From Eledone cirrhosa (lineage: Eukaryota), in contig OZ024743.1 in assembly GCA_964016885.1 (NCBI GenBank), forward strand, positions 135,408,001-135,472,000: 64,000 nt of DNA, in the 5' to 3' direction. The notes below the pieces were generated by a model. The model was not told where the DNA came from. It did no database searches and saw only the letters and a list, made by a program, of their open reading frames with translations. The position numbers and the translations under genes were made by a program. This document shows, piece after piece, positions 1 through 12,300 of this stretch (within the stretch, counting starts at the first letter, position 1; every line of letters begins with the position of its first letter).

Positions 1-2944
1 GGTGTTTGGTGTTTGGTGCTTGGTGTTTGGTGTTTGGTGCTTGCTGCTTGCTGCTTGTTGTTTCGTTCTTTGTGATTGGTGCTTGGTGTTTGGTGTTTGG
101 TGCTTGGTGCTTGGTGCTTGGTGTTTGATGTTGGGTCCTTGGTGCTTGGTGTTCGGTGCTTGGTGCTTGGTGTTTGGTGCTTGGTGCTTGGTGTTTGGTG
201 CTTGGTGCTTGGTGCTTGTTGTTTGGTGCTTGGTGCTTGGTGCTTGGTCTTTGGTGCTTGGTGTTTGGTGTTTGGTGCTTGGTGCTTGGTGCGTGGTGTT
301 TGGTGCTTGGTGCTTGGTGTTTGGTGCTTGGTGCTTGGTGATTAGTGTTTGTTGCTTGGTGCTTGGGGTTTGGTGGTTGGTGCTTGGTGCTTGGTGTTTG
401 GTGTTTGGTGTTTGGTGTTTGGTGTTTGCTGTTTGGTGTCTGCTTTTTGGCGTATGGTGTTTGCTGTATGGTGTTTGCTGTTTCGTATTTGGTTTTTGCT
501 GTTTGGTGTTTGGCGCTTGGTGCTTGGTGTTTGGTGCTTGGTGCTTGGTGCTTGGTGCTTGGTGTTTGGTGCTTGGTGCTTGGTGCTTGGTGTTTGGTGC
601 TTGGTGCTTGGTGATTAGTGTTTGGTGATTGGTCCTTCGTGTTTGGTGTTTGGTGCTTGGTGTTTGGTGCTTGGTGCTTGCTGTTTGGTGTTTGGTGTTT
701 GGTTCTTGGTGCTTGGTGTTTGGTGTTTGGTGTTTGGTGCTTGGTGCTTGGTGCTTGGTGTTTGGTGCTTGGTGTTTGGTGCTGCGTGCTTGGTGTTTGG
801 TGTTTGGTGCTTGGTGCCTGGTGCTTGTGGTTTGGTGTTTGGTGCTTAGTGCTTGCTGTTTGGTGTTTGGTGCTTGGTGCTTGGTGCCTGGTGTTTCGTG
901 CTTGGTGCTTGGTGCTAGGTGTTTGGTGTTTGGTGCTTGGTGTTTGGTGTTTGGTGTTTGGTGCTTGGTGCTTGGTGCTTGGTGATTGGTGCTTGGTGCT
1001 TGGTGCTTGGTGTTTGATGCTGCATGCTTGGTGTTTGGTGTTTGGAGCTTGGTGCTTCGTTTTTGGTGTTTGGTGCTTGGTGCCTGGTGCTTGTTGTTTG
1101 GTGTTTGGTGCTTGGTGCTTGGTGCTTGGTGTTTGGTGCTTGGTGCTTGGTATCTGGTGTTTGGTGCTTGGTGTTTGGTGTTTGGTGCTTGGTGCTTGGT
1201 GCTTGGTGTTTGGTGTTTGGTTCCTGGTGATTGGTGTTTGGTGTTTGGTGTTTGGTGCTTGGTGCTTGGTGTTTGGTGTTTGGTGCTTGGTGCTTGGTGC
1301 TTGGTGTTTGGTGCTTGGTGCCTGGTGCTTGGTGTTTGGTGCTTGGTGCACGGTGTTAGGTGATTGGTGCTTGGTGTTTGGTGCTTGGTGCTTGGTGCTT
1401 GGTGCTTGGTGTTAGGCGTTTGGTGCTTGGTGCTTGGTGTTTGATGTTTGGTCCTTGGTGCTTGGTGTTTGGTATTTGGTGCTTGGTGCTTGGTGTTTGG
1501 TGTTTGGTGCTTGCTGCTTGCTGCTTGGTGTTTGGTGCTTGGTGATTGGTGCTTGGTGTTTTGTGCTTTTTGCTTGGTGTTTGGTGTTTGGTGCTAGGGT
1601 CTTGGTGCTTGGTGCTTGGTGTTTGGTGCTTGGTGCTCGGTGTTTGGTGTTTGGTGCTTGGTGCGTGGGGCTTGGTGTTTGGTGCTTGGTGTTTGGTGCT
1701 TGGTGTTTGGTGCTTGCTGTTTGGTGCTTGGTGCTTGGTGTTTGGTGTTTGGTGTTTGGTGCTTGGTGCTTGGTGTTTGGTGCTTGGTGCTTGGTGCTTG
1801 GTGCTTGGTGCTTGGTCTTTGGTGCTTGGTACTTGGTGCTTGGTGCCTGTGTTTCGTGCTTGGTGCTTGGTGCTTGGTGTTTGGTGTTTGGTGCTTGGTG
1901 GTTGGTGTTTGGTACTTGGTGCTTGGTGCTTGGTGCTTGGTGTTTGATGCTGCGTGCCTGGTGTTTGGTGCTTGGTGCTTGGTGTTTGGTGTTTCGTGCT
2001 TGGTGCCTGGTGCTTGTTGTTTGGTGTTTGCTGCTTGGTGCTTGGTGTTTGGTGTTTGGTGCTTGGTGCTTGGTATCTGGTGTTTGGTGCTTGGTGTTTG
2101 GTGTTTGGTGCTTGGTGCTTGGTGCTTGGTGTTTGGTGTTTGGTGCTTCGTGCTTGGTGTTTGGTGCTTGGTGTTTGGTGTTTGGTGTTTGATGCTTGGT
2201 GTTTGCTGCTTGGTGCTTGGTGCTTGGTGTTTGGTGCTTGGTGCTTGGTGCTTGGTGTTTGGCGTTTGCTGTTTGCTGTTTGGTGTTTGGTGTTTGCTGT
2301 TTGGTGTTTGGTGCTTGGTGTTTGGTGCTTGGTGCTTGCTGTTTGGTGTTTGGTGTTTGGTTCTTGGTGCTTGGTGTTTGGTGTTTGGTGCTTGGTGCTT
2401 GGTGCTTGGTGTTTGGTGGTTGGTGCTTGGTGCTAGGTGTTTGGTGCTGCGTGCTTGGTGTTTGGCGTTTGGTGCTTGGTGCCTGGTGCTTGTTGTTTGG
2501 TGTTTGGTGCATAGTGCTTGGTGTTTGGTGTTTGGTGCTTGGTGCATGGTGGCTGGTGTTTTGTGCTTGGTGTTTGGTGTTTTGTGCTTGGAGCTTGGTG
2601 CCTGGTGTTTCGTGCTTTGTGCTTGGTACTTGGTGTTTGGTGTTTGGTGCTTGGTGTTTGGTGTTTGGTACTTGGTGCTTGGTGCTTGGAGCTTGGTGTT
2701 TGGTGCTTGGTGCTTGGTGCTTGGTGTTTGATGCTGCGTGCTTGGTGTTTGGTGTTTGGTGCTTCGTGCTTGGTGTTTGGTGTTTGGTGCTTGGTGCCTG
2801 GTGCTTGTTGTTTGGTGTTTGGTGCTTGGTGTTTGGTGTTTGGTGTTTGGTGCTTGGTGCGTGGGACTTAGTGTTTGGTGCTTTGTGCTTGGTGTTTGGG
2901 GCTTGGTGTTTGGGGCTTGGTGTTCGGTGCTTGGTGCTTGGTGC

Positions 2945-3258
2945 TTGGTGCTTGGTGTTTGGTGTTTGGTGCTTGGTGCTTGGTCCTTGGTGTTTGATGT
3001 TGGGTCCTTGGTGCTTGGTGTTTGGTGTTTGGTGCTTGGTGTTTGGTGTTTGGTGCTTGCTGCTTGCTGCTTGTTGTTTCGTTCTTTGTGATTGGTGCTT
3101 GGTGTTTGGTGTTTGGTGCTTGGTGCTTGGTGCTTGGTGTTTGATGTTGGGTCCTTGGTGCTTGGTGTTTGGTGTTTGGTGCTTGGTGTTTGGTGTTTGG
3201 TGCTTGCTGCTTGCTGCTTGTTGTTTCGTTCTTTGTGATTGGTGCTTGGTGTTTGGTG
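2945..3258. repeat. Local tandem duplication of 147 bp (21 units)
   Basis: The block GATGTTGGGTCC...TTGCTGCTTGCTGCTTGTTGTTTCGTTCTTTGTGA ends at 3091 and again at 3238. Confidence 0.85.
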
Positions 3259-6200
3259 TTTTGTGCTTGGAGCTTGGTGCCTGGTGTTTCGTGCTTTATG
3301 CTTGGTGCTTGGTGTTTGGTGTTTGGTACTTGGTGCTTGGTGCTTGGTGCTTGGTGTTTGGTGCTTGGTGCTTGGTGCTTGGTGTTTGATGCTGCGTGCT
3401 TGGTGTTTGGTGTTTGGTGCTTCGTGCTTGGTGTTTGGTGTTTGGTGCTTGGTGCCTGGTGCTTGTTGTTTGGTGTTTGGTGCTTGGTGCTTGGTGTTTG
3501 GTGTTTGGTGCTTGGTGCGTGGGACTTAGTGTTTGGTGTTTTGTGCTTGGTGTTTGGGGCTTGGTGTTTGGGGCTTGGTGTTTGGTGCTTGGTGCTTGGT
3601 GCTTGGTGCTTGGTGTTTGGTGTTTGGTGCTTGGTGCTTGGTGCTTGGTCCTTGGTGTTTGATGTTGGGTCCTTGGTGCTTGGTGTTTGGTGTTTGGTGC
3701 TTGGTGTTTGGTGTTTGGTGCTTGCTGCTTGCTGCTTGTTGTTTCGTTCTTTGTGATTGGTGCTTGGTGTTTGGTGTTTGGTGCTTGGTGCTTGGTGCTT
3801 GGTGTTTGATGTTGGGTCCTTGGTGCTTGGTGTTCGGTGCTTGGTGCTTGGTGGTTGGTGCTTGGTGCTTGGTGTTTGGTGCTTGGTGCTTGGTGCTTGG
3901 TCTTTGGTGCTTGGTGTTTGGTGTTTGGTGCTTGGTGCTTGGTGCGTGGTGTTTGGTGCTTGGTGCTTGGTGTTTGGTGCTTGGTGCTTGGTGATTAGTG
4001 TTTGTTGCTTGGTGCTTGGGGTTTGGTGGTTGGTGCTTGGTGCTTGGTGTTTGGTGTTTGGTGTTTGGTGTTTGGTGTTTGCTGTTTGGTGTCTGCTTTT
4101 TGGCGTATGGTGTTTGCTGTATGGTGTTTGCTGTTTCGTATTTGGTTTTTGCTGTTTGGTGTTTGGTGTTTGCTGTTTGGTGTTTGTTGTTTGGTGTTTG
4201 GTGCTTGGTGCTTGGTTCTTGGTGTTTGGCGTTTGGTGATTGGGGCTTGGTGTTTGGTGCTTGGTGCTTGGTTTTTGGTGTTTGGTGCTTGGTACCTGGT
4301 GCTTGTTGTTTGGTGTTTGGTGCTTGGTGCTTGGTGCTTGGTGTTTGGTGCTTGGTGTCTGGTGTTTGGTGCTTGGTGTTTGGTGTTTGGTGCTTGGTGC
4401 TTGGTGTATGGTGTTTGGTGCTTGGTACTTGGTGTTTGGTGTTTGGTGCTGGGTGCTTGGCGTTTGGTGCTTGGTGCTTGGTGCTTTGTGCTTGGTGTTT
4501 GGTGTTTGGTGTTTGGTGTTTTGTGTTTGGTGCTTGGTGCTTGGTGCCTGGTTCTTGGTGCTTGGTGCTTGTTGTTTGGTGCTTGGTGCTTGGTGATTAG
4601 TGTTTGGTGCTTGGTGCTTGGGGTTTGCTGTTTGGTGTTTGGTGTTTGGTGCTTGGTGTTTGGTGCTTGGTGATTGGTGTTTGGTGTTTGGTGTTTGGTG
4701 CTTGGTGTCTGGTGTTTGGTGTTTGGTGTTTGGTGCTTGGTGCTTGGTGTTTGGGTTTTGGTGCTTGGTGCTTGGTGTTTGGTGTTTGGTGCTTGGTGTT
4801 TGGTGTTTGGTGCTTGGTGTTTGGTGCTTGGTGCTTGGTGCTTGGTGTTTTGTGTTTGGTGTTTGGTGCTTGGTGTATGTACTTGGTGCTTGTTGCTTGG
4901 TGTTTGGTGCTTGGTTCTTGGTGTTTGGTGATTGGTGCTTGGTGCTTGGTGTTTGGTGCTTGGTGCTTGGTGTTTGGTACTTGGTGCTTGGTGTTTGGTG
5001 TTTGGTGCTTGGTGTATGGTGCTTGGTGCTTGGTGCTTGGTGTTAAGTGTTTGGTGATTGGTGCTTGGTGCTTGGTGTTTGGTGCATGGTGCTTGGTTTT
5101 TGGTGCTTGGTGCCTGGTGCTTGGTGTTTGGTCCTTGGTGCTTGGTGCTTGGTCTTTGGTGCTTGGGGTTTGGTGTTTGGCGCTTGGTGCTTGGTGTTTG
5201 GTGCTTGGTGCTTGGTGCTTGGTGCTTGGTGTTTGGTGTTTGGTGCTTGGTGCTTGGTGCTTGGTGTTTGGTGCTTGGTGTTTGGTGCTGCGTGCTTGGT
5301 GTTTGGTGTTTGGTGCTTGGTGCCTGGTGCTTGTGGTTTGGTGTTTGGTGCTTAGTGCTTGCTGTTTGGTGTTTGGTGCTTGGTGCTTGGTGCCTGGTGT
5401 TTCGTGCTTGGTGCTTGGTGCTAGGTGTTTGGTGTTTGGTGCTTGGTGTTTGGTGTTTGGTGTTTGGTGCTTGGTGCTTGGTGCTTGGTGATTGGTGCTT
5501 GGTGCTTGGTGCTTGGTGTTTGATGCTGCATGCTTGGTGTTTGGTGTTTGGTGCTTGGTGCTTGGTTTTTGGTGTTTGGTGCTTGGTGCCTGGTGCTTGT
5601 TGTTTGGTGTTTGGTGCTTGGTGCTTGGTGCTTGGTGTTTGGTGCTTGGTGCTTGGTATCTGGTGTTTGGTGCTTGGTGTTTGGTGTTTGGTGCTTGGTG
5701 CTTGGTGCTTGGTGTTTGGTGTTTGGTTCCTGGTGATTGGTGTCTGGTGTTTGGTGTTTGGTGCTTGGTGCTTGGTGTTTGGTGTTTGGTGCTTGGTGCT
5801 TGGTGCTTGGTGTTTGGTGCTTGGTGCCTGGTGCTTGGTGTTTGGTGCTTGGTGCACGGTGTTAGGTGATTGGTGCTTGGTGTTTGGTGCTTGGTGCTTG
5901 GTGCTTGGTGCTTGGTGTTAGGCGTTTGGTGCTTGGTGCTTGGTGTTTGATGTTTGGTCCTTGGTGCTTGGTGTTTGGTATTTGGTGCTTGGTGCTTGGT
6001 GTTTGGTGTTTGGTGCTTGCTGCTTGCTGCTTGGTGTTTGGTGCTTGGTGATTGGTGCTTGGTGTTTTGTGCTTTTTGCTTGGTGTTTGGTGTTTGGTGC
6101 TAGGGTCTTGGTGCTTGGTGCTTGGTGTTTGGTGCTTGGTGCTCGGTGTTTGGTGTTTGGTGCTTGGTGCGTGGGGCTTGGTGTTTGGTGCTTGGTGTTT

Positions 6201-6379
6201 GGTGCTTGGTGTTTGGTGCTTGCTGTTTGGTGCTTGGTGCTTGGTGTTTGGTGTTTGGTGTTTGGTGCTTGGTGCTTGGTGTTTGGTGCTTGGTGCTTGG
6301 TGCTTGGTGCTTGGTGCTTGGTCTTTGGTGCTTGGTACTTGGTGATTAGTGTTTGGTGATTGGTGCTTGGGGTTTGGTG

Positions 6380-9300
6380 TTTGGTACTTGGTGTTTGGTG
6401 CTTGGTGCTTGGTATCTGGTGTTTGGTGCTTGGTGTTTGGTGTTTGGTGCTTGGTGCTTGGTGCTTGGTGTTTGGTGTTTGGTGCTTCGTGCTTGGTGTT
6501 TGGTGCTTGGTGTTTGGTGTTTGGTGTTTGATGCTTGGTGTTTGCTGCTTGGTGCTTGGTGCTTGGTGTTTGGTGCTTGGTGCTTGGTGCTTGGTGTTTG
6601 GCGTTTGCTGTTTGCTGTTTGGTGTTTGGTGTTTGCTGTTTGGTGTTTGGTGCTTTGTGTTTGGTGCTTGGTGCTTGCTGTTTGGTGTTTGGTGTTTGGT
6701 TCTTGGTGCTTGGTGTTTGGTGTTTGGTGCTTGGTGCTTGGTGCTTGGTGTTTGGTGGTTGGTGCTTGGTGCTAGGTGTTTGGTGCTGCGTGCTTGGTGT
6801 TTGGCGTTTGGTGCTTGGTGCCTGGTGCTTGTTGTTTGGTGTTTGGTGCATAGCGCTTGGTGTTTGGTGTTTGGTGCTTGGTGCATGGTGGCTGGTGTTT
6901 TGTGCTTGGTGTTTGGTGTTTTGTGCTTGGAGCTTGGTGCCTGGTGTTTCGTGCTTTGTGCTTGGTGCTTGGTGTTTGGTGTTTGGTGCTTGGTGTTTGG
7001 TGTTTGGTACTTGGTGCTTGGTGCTTGGAGCTTGGTGTTTGGTGCTTGGTGCTTGGTGCTTGGTGTTTGATGCTGCGTGCTTGGTGTTTGGTGTTTGGTG
7101 CTTCGTGCTTGGTGTTTGGTGTTTGGTGCTTGGTGCCTGGTGCTTGTTGTTTGGTGTTTGGTGCTTGGTGTTTGGTGTTTGGTGTTTGGTGCTTGGTGCG
7201 TGGGACTTAGTGTTTGGTGCTTTGTGCTTGGTGTTTGGGGCTTGGTGTTTGGGGCTTGGTGTTCGGTGCTTGGTGCTTGGTGCTTGGTGCTTGGTGTTTG
7301 GTGTTTGGTGCTTGGTGCTTGGTCCTTGGTGTTTGATGTTGGGTCCTTGGTGCTTGGTGTTTGGTGTTTGGTGCTTGGTGTTTGGTGTTTGGTGCTTGCT
7401 GCTTGCTGCTTGTTGTTTCGTTCTTTGTGATTGGTGCTTGGTGTTTGGTGTTTGGTGCTTGGTGCTTGGTGCTTGGTGTTTGATGTTGGGTCCTTGGTGC
7501 TTGGTGTTCGGTGCTTGGTGCTTGGTGTTTGGTGCTTGGTGCTTGGTGTTTGGTGCTTGGTGCTTGGTGCTTGTTGTTTGGTGCTTGGTGTTTGGTGTTT
7601 GGTGCTTGGTGCTTGGTGCTTGGTGTTTGATATTGGGTCCTTGGTGCTTGGTGCTTGGTGTTTGGTGCTTGGTGCTTGGTGCTTGTTGTTTGGTGTTTGG
7701 TGCTTGGTGCTTGGTGATTAGTGTTTGTTGCTTGGTGCTTGGGGTTTGGTGGTTGGTGCTTGGTGCTTGGTGTTTGGTGTTTGGTGTTTGGTGTTTGGTG
7801 TTTGCTGTTTGGTGTCTGCTTTTTGGCGTATGGTGTTTGCTGTATGGTGTTTGCTGTTTCGTATTTGGTTTTTGCTGTTTGGTGTTTGGCGCTTGGTGCT
7901 TGGTGTTTGGTGCTTGGTGCTTGGTGCTTGGTGCTTGGTGTTTGGTGCTTGGTGCTTGGTGCTTGGTGTTTGGTGCTTGGTGCTTGGTGATTAGTGTTTG
8001 GTGATTGGTCCTTCGTGTTTGGTGTTTGGTGCTTGGTGTTTGGTGCTTGGTGCTTGCTGTTTGGTGTTTGGTGTTTGGTTCTTGGTGCTTGGTGTTTGGT
8101 GTTTGGTGTTTGGTGCTTGGTGCTTGGTGCTTGGTGTTTGGTGCTTGGTGTTTGGTGCTGCGTGCTTGGTGTTTGGTGTTTGGTGCTTGGTGCCTGGTGC
8201 TTGTGGTTTGGTGTTTGGTGCTTAGTGCTTACTGTTTGGTGTTTGGTGCTTGGTGCTTGGTGCCTGGTGTTTCGTGCTTGGTGCTTGGTGCTAGGTGTTT
8301 GGTGTTTGGTGCTTGGTGTTTGGTGTTTGGTGTTTGGTGCTTGGTGCTTGGTGCTTGGTGATTGGTGCTTGGTGCTTGGTGCTTGGTGTTTGATGCTGCA
8401 TGCTTGGTGTTTGGTGTTTGGAGCTTGGTGCTTCGTTTTTGGTGTTTGGTGCTTGGTGCCTGGTGCTTGTTGTTTGGTGTTTGGTGCTTGGTGCTTGGTG
8501 CTTGGTGTTTGGTGCTTGGTGCTTGGTATCTGGTGTTTGGTGCTTGGTGTTTGGTGTTTGGTGCTTGGTTCTTGGTGCTTGGTGTTTGGTGTTTGGTTCC
8601 TGGTGATTGGTGTTTGGTGTTTGGTGTTTGGTGCTTGGTGCTTGGTGTTTGGTGTTTGGTGCTTGGTGCTTGGTGCTTGGTGTTTGGTGCTTGGTGCCTG
8701 GTGCTTGGTGTTTGGTGCTTGGTGCACGGTGTTAGGTGATTGGTGCTTGGTGTTTGGTGCTTGGTGCTTGGTGCTTGGTGCTTGGTGTTAGGCGTTTGGT
8801 GCTTGGTGCTTGGTGTTTGATGTTTGGTCCTTGGTGCTTGGTGTTTGGTATTTGGTGCTTGGTGCTTGGTGTTTGGTGTTTGGTGCTTGCTGCTTGCTGC
8901 TTGGTGTTTGGTGCTTGGTGATTGGTGCTTGGTGTTTTGTGCTTTTTGCTTGGTGTTTGGTGTTTGGTGCTAGGGTCTTGGTGCTTGGTGCTTGGTGTTT
9001 GGTGCTTGGTGCTCGGTGTTTGGTGTTTGGTGCTTGGTGCGTGGGGCTTGGTGTTTGGTGCTTGGTGTTTGTTGCTTGGTGTTTGGTGCTTGCTGTTTGG
9101 TGCTTGGTGCTTGGTGTTTGGTGTTTGGTGTTTGGTGCTTGGTGCTTGGTGTTTGGTGCTTGGTGCTTGGTGCTTGGTGCTTGGTGCTTGGTCTTTGGTG
9201 CTTGGTACTTGGTGATTAGTGTTTGGTGATTGGTGCTTGGGGTTTGGTGTTTGGTACTTGGTGTTTGGTGCTTGGTGCTTGCTGTTTGGTGTTTGGTTCT

Positions 9301-12300
9301 TGGTGCTTGGTGTTTGGTGTTTGGTGTTTGGTGCTTGGTGCTTGGTACTTGGTGTTTGGTGCTTGGTGCTTGGTGTTTGGTGCTGCGTGCTTGGTGTTTG
9401 GTGTTTGGTGCTTGGTGCTTGGTGCCTGTGTTTCGTGCTTGGTGCTTGGTGCTTGGTGTTTGGTGTTTGGTGCTTTGTTGTTGGTGTTTGGTACTTGGTG
9501 CTTGGTGCTTGGTGCTTGGTGTTTGATGCTGCGTGCCTGGTGTTTGGTGCTTGGTGCTTGGTGTTTGGTGTTTCGTGCTTGGTGCCTGGTGCTTGTTGTT
9601 TGGTGTTTGCTGCTTGGTGCTTGGTGTTTGGTGTTTGGTGCTTGGTGCTTGGTATCTGGTGTTTGGTGCTTGGTGTTTGGTGTTTGGTGCTTGGTGCTTG
9701 GTGCTTGGTGTTTGGTGTTTGGTGCTTCGTGCTTGGTGTTTGGTGCTTGGTGTTTGGTGTTTGGTGTTTGATGCTTGGTGTTTGCTGCTTGGTGCTTGGT
9801 GCTTGGTGTTTGGTGCTTGGTGCTTGGTGCTTGGTGTTTGGCGTTTGCTGTTTGCTGTTTGGTGTTTGGTGTTTGCTGTTTGGTGTTTGGTGCTTGGTGT
9901 TTGGTGCTTGGTGCTTGCTGTTTGGTGTTTGGTGTTTGGTTCTTGGTGCTTGGTGTTTGGTGTTTGGTGCTTGGTGCTTGGTGCTTGGTGTTTGGTGGTT
10001 GGTGCTTGGTGCTAGGTGTTTGGTGCTGCGTGCTTGGTGTTTGGCGTTTGGTGCTTGGTGCCTGGTGCTTGTTGTTTGGTGTTTGGTGCATAGTGCTTGG
10101 TGTTTGGTGTTTGGTGCTTGGTGCATGGTGGCTGGTGTTTTGTGCTTGGTGTTTGGTGTTTTGTGCTTGGAGCTTGGTGCCTGGTGTTTCGTGCTTTGTG
10201 CTTGGTGCTTGGTGTTTGGTGTTTGGTGCTTGGTGTTTGGTGTTTGGTACTTGGTGCTTGGTGCTTGGAGCTTGGTGTTTGGTGCTTGGTGCTTGGTGCT
10301 TGGTGTTTGATGCTGCGTGCTTGGTGTTTGGTGTTTGGTGCTTCGTGCTTGGTGTTTGGTGTTTGGTGCTTGGTGCCTGGTGCTTGTTGTTTGGTGTTTG
10401 GTGCTTGGTGTTTGGTGTTTGGTGTTTGGTGCTTGGTGCGTGGGACTTAGTGTTTGGTGCTTTGTGCTTGGTGTTTGGGGCTTGGTGTTTGGGGCTTGGT
10501 GTTCGGTGCTTGGTGCTTGGTGCTTGGTGCTTGGTGTTTGGTGTTTGGTGCTTGGTGCTTGGTCCTTGGTGTTTGATGTTGGGTCCTTGGTGCTTGGTGT
10601 TTGGTGTTTGGTGCTTGGTGTTTGGTGTTTGGTGCTTGCTGCTTGCTGCTTGTTGTTTCGTTCTTTGTGATTGGTGCTTGGTGTTTGGTGTTTGGTGCTT
10701 GGTGCTTGGTGCTTGGTGTTTGATGTTGGGTCCTTGGTGCTTGGTGTTCGGTGTTTGGTGCTTGGTGTTTGGTGCTTGGTGCTTGGTGTTTGGTGCTTGG
10801 TGCTTGGTGCTTGTTGTTTGGTGCTTGGTGCTTGGTGCTTGGTCTTTGGTGCTTGGTGTTTGGTGTTTGGTGCTTGGTGCTTGGTGCGTGGTGTTTGGTG
10901 CTTGGTGCTTGGTGTTTGGTGCTTGGTGCTTGGTGATTAGTGTTTGTTGCTTGGTGCTTGGGGTTTGGTGGTTGGTGCTTGGTGCTTGGTGTTTGGTGTT
11001 TGGTGTTTTGTGTTTGGTGTTTGCTGTTTGGTGTCTGCTTTTTGGCGTATGGTGTTTGCTGTATGGTGTTTGCTGTTTCGTATTTGGTTTTTGCTGTTTG
11101 GTGTTTGGTGTTTGCTGTTTGGTGTTTGTTGTTTGGTGTTTGGTGCTTGGTGCTTGGTTCTTGGTGTTTGGCGTTTGGTGATTGGGGCTTGGTGTTTGGT
11201 GCTTGGTGCTTGGTTTTTGGTGTTTGGTGCTTGGTACCTGGTGCTTGTTGTTTGGTGTTTGGTGCTTGGTGCTTGGTGCTTGGTGTTTGGTGCTTGGTGT
11301 CTGGTGTTTGGTGCTTGGTGTTTGGTGTTTGGTGCTTGGTGCTTGGTGTATGGTGTTTGGTGCTTGGTACTTGGTGTTTGGTGTTTGGTGCTGGGTGCTT
11401 GGCGTTTGGTGCTTGGTGCTTGGTGCTTAGTGCTTGGTGTTTGGTGTTTGGTGTTTGGTGTTTGATGCTTGGTGTGTGCTGCTTGGTGCTTGGTGCTTGG
11501 TGTTTTGTGTTTGGTGCTTGGTGCTTGGTGCCTGGTTTTTGGTGCTTGGTGCTTGTTGTTTGGTGCTTGGTGCTTGGTGATTAGTGTTTGGTGCTTGGTG
11601 CTAGGTGTTTGGTGCTTGGTGTTTGGTGTTTGGTGTTTGGTGCTTGGTGCTTGGTGCTTGGTGATTGGTGCTTGGTGCTTGGTGCTTGGTGTTTGATGCT
11701 GCATGCTTGGTGTTTAGTGTTTGGTGCTTGGTGCTTGGTTTTTGGTGTTTGGTGCTTGGTGCCTGGTGCTTGTTGTTTGGTGTTTGGTGCTTGGTGCTTG
11801 GTGCTTGGTGTTTGGTGCTTGGTGCTTGGTTTCTGGTGTTTGGTGCTTGGTGTTTGGTGTTTGGTGCTTGGTGCTTGGTGCTTGGTGTTTGGTGTTTGGT
11901 TCCTGGTGATTGGTGTTTGGTGTTTGGTGTTTGGTGCTTGGTGCTTGGTGTTTGGTGTTTGGTGCTTGGTGCTTGGTGCTTGGTGTTTGGTGCTTGGTGC
12001 CTGGTGCTTGGTGTTTGGTGCTTGGTGCACGGTGTTAGGTGATTGGTGCTTGGTGTTTGGTGCTTGGTGCTTGGTGCTTGGTGCTTGGTGTTAGGCGTTT
12101 GGTGCTTGGTGCTTGGTGTTTGATGTTTGGTCCTTGGTGCTTGGTGTTTGGTATTTGGTGCTTGGTGCTTGGTGTTTGGTGTTTGGTGCTTGCTGCTTGC
12201 TGCTTGGTGTTTGGTATTTGGTGCTTTTTGCTTGGTGTTTGGTGTTTGGTGCTAGGGTCTTGGTGCTTGGTGCTTGGTGTTTGGTGCTTGGTGCTCGGTG

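Noticed and set aside
2945-3258. 147-bp duplication equal to nucleosome core length
   Set aside because: A single instance, and 147 is simply 21 units. Other duplication lengths (210, 622, 1210 and so on) show no nucleosomal pattern.
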